32,000 bases of DNA, from contig NZ_LGHJ01000011.1 in the NCBI RefSeq assembly GCF_001306055.1, positions 120,001 to 152,000 of the forward strand, given 5' to 3'. This DNA comes from Bellilinea caldifistulae (GTDB lineage: Bacteria; Chloroflexota; Anaerolineae; Anaerolineales; Anaerolineaceae). The notes under the pieces are model-generated. The model had not been told where the DNA came from. It saw only the letters and a list, made by a program, of their open reading frames with translations, and did no database searches. Position numbers and translations under genes: made by a program. Below, piece by piece: positions 30,649-32,000 of this stretch (the first letter of the stretch is position 1; each line of letters begins with the position of its first letter).

Positions 30649-31479
30649 TTACTCTTCGTCAGTTTGAACCGGGTCTTTTTTGGGTAATTTAATCCACAAA
30701 GCCGGATTTTCCAACGCGGCGTGCAAATCGTCCAAAAAACCCGTCAGCCGTGCGGCAAGCAGGTCGGGCCGCTCCAATGGGAGCAGATGGCCGCCATCTG
30801 CAATCACATCCAGCCGGGCCATTGGCAGCTGATCGGCCAGGAAGCGCGAGCGTGAAGGGGGTGTCAGGCGGTCGTGGCGCCCACAGGCAATATAAGCCGG
30901 GGATTGAATCTGGTTGAGCCGCTGCCGAATGTCAAAACGGGCACAGGCCAGCCAGTCGCCGTAAAGCACACTGCTGCGTACCTTGTGCAAACTGCTCGAA
31001 ATGCGGGCAGCCAGTTCAGGGCTGGTGGTGCTGGTAATCAGCCGCTCCCGAATTAAGCGGATGCCAAGCGGCGCCGAGGCAGGACTACTCAGGTAATCCA
31101 CCAGTCCAGATGGCACATCGAAGCTAGCCGCCGCCGAGAACAGCCCCACGCCGGCCACGTGCTGTGGAAATTCCAACGCCAGATACAAAGCAATCGCAGC
31201 CCCCATGGAATGTCCGACAAAAACCGCCTGAAAGCGCCCCAAATCCGCCAGGAATTCCAGCAGCACTTCGGCGTATTCTTCAACCGATTGACAACCCGGC
31301 AATGTAGAACGCCCATGCCCCGGCAGATCAATTGCGTAGACCGTGTAACCAGTCAGCCGCCGAAATTGGGCTGGCCAGTCCAAATGGCTGCCGCCTGCCC
31401 CGTGAATCAGGATGACGGCTTTTTGATCACTTTTGCCCCCCTCATGCAGCGAATAGGCAATTCCGGCTGTCAAGGGCAT
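30649..31479 (-). CDS. Alpha/beta hydrolase fold protein
   Basis: HGAGGS oxyanion region, nucleophile elbow GHSMGA, and a C-terminal GGHLLPLE (catalytic His). Confidence 0.85.
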   Translation of the reverse strand: MPLTAGIAYSLHEGGKSDQKAVILIHGAGGSHLDWPAQFRRLTGYTVYAIDLPGHGRSTLPGCQSVEEYAEVLLEFLADLGRFQAVFVGHSMGAAIALYLALEFPQHVAGVGLFSAAASFDVPSGLVDYLSSPASAPLGIRLIRERLITSTTSPELAARISSSLHKVRSSVLYGDWLACARFDIRQRLNQIQSPAYIACGRHDRLTPPSRSRFLADQLPMARLDVIADGGHLLPLERPDLLAARLTGFLDDLHAALENPALWIKLPKKDPVQTDEE

Positions 31480-31502
31480 GTGAATTTTCCTGTGCGGCGT
31501 GA

Positions 31503-32000
31503 TTAATTGGCTTGAGGGACTTTCGCCACTCCGCGTTGCAAGCGGTCTACTGCGGCTTCGTCCAGCGGAATGATGGCTTGAACGCGAGTGCCTTTACCCG
31601 GAGCCGAGTGGACGCGCAAGACGGCGTTAATCATTTCAGCCCGCTCGCGCAGGTTAATCATACCCAAACTTCCCCGTTTTTCATAGGAATTGAGCACACC
31701 ATTTACATCAAATCCCTTACCATTGTCGGCAATTTCCAGAAAGACCATCCCCTCATCATCGGGCAAGCGTTTTAACCGCACCCGAATCAGGCTTGCCTGA
31801 GCGTGTTTACGGGCGTTGTTGATGGCTTCTTCTACAAGATAGAACACTGCGCTTTGCCGGTTCAGATCCAATGCATCCACAGCCTGCGGCTCAATTTCCA
31901 ATGCCACATTTTGCTGGTAGACTTCTTTCATCTTGCCGGCCATTTGTTCCAATGCGGCGTTCAATCCGTCGCTTTCCAGTGCCAGCGGCCGCAGGGTAAA
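31503..32000 (-). CDS. Sensor histidine kinase, HisKA_3/NarL-partner type (C-terminal part; the gene continues beyond the window)
   Basis: HATPase_c motifs EEAINNARKHA, DNGKGF and GSLGMINLRERAE. The frame stays open upstream of the listed start (FTLRPLALESDGLNAALEQ is the dimerisation region). Confidence 0.8.
   Translation of the reverse strand, partial: FTLRPLALESDGLNAALEQMAGKMKEVYQQNVALEIEPQAVDALDLNRQSAVFYLVEEAINNARKHAQASLIRVRLKRLPDDEGMVFLEIADNGKGFDVNGVLNSYEKRGSLGMINLRERAEMINAVLRVHSAPGKGTRVQAIIPLDEAAVDRLQRGVAKVPQAN

Noticed and set aside
1-32000. A search for tRNA, rRNA and riboswitch-like elements in the intergenic regions.
   Set aside because: No T-loop (GGTTCGAAT-like) or cloverleaf candidates, and no long structured leaders, were seen. 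The spacers are short (mostly under 170 nt) and are explained by promoters, SDs and the ABC-F leader.

Overview
A 32 kb, high-GC (over 60% by eye), gene-dense bacterial chromosomal segment with about 30 protein-coding genes and no rRNA, tRNA, CRISPR array or transposase that I could recognise. The gene content (GatCAB, a bacterial translin homolog, Pro/Thr-rich linkers) suggests Chloroflexota, but that is only a guess. Recognisable housekeeping genes are gatC-gatA...gatB, purA, ssb and a UvrD/PcrA helicase. Other calls include an L,D-transpeptidase, a radical SAM enzyme, a URO-D family protein, two histidine kinases, a GGDEF cyclase, a response regulator, an S8 protease, an ABC-F ATPase, OsmC, a HIT protein and an alpha/beta hydrolase. 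Seven things stand out. (1) The 178-nt region upstream of the ABC-F gene holds an extended -10 promoter, a 6-codon uORF with its own SD, a strong intrinsic terminator, and an 11-nt perfect complementarity between the uORF and the ABC-F ribosome-binding region. This looks like a ribosome-sensing attenuator. (2) A tightly coupled minus-strand operon reads ssb-DUF3467-translin-(Cas4-like PD-(D/E)XK nuclease). The nuclease is interrupted by a transmembrane hairpin and encoded as two overlapping ORFs. (3) The S8 protease is broken by a single in-frame TGA at the position of a conserved Trp. (4) A sharply low-GC island encodes a GT-C-type membrane glycosyltransferase. It lies next to a truncated, motif-degenerate HAD-like ORF and a HEPN/HepT-like remnant. 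(5) An extended -10 signature (TGnTAnAAT, often TGTGATACAAT) recurs, and in four cases it sits 6-10 nt from the start codon, implying leaderless mRNAs. (6) Two tandem DUF4870-like membrane genes are inserted into the gatCAB operon. (7) A possible 29-codon SD-preceded small membrane/lipoprotein-like ORF lies at 3111-3200. All functional calls come from motif recognition by eye; no database search was run.
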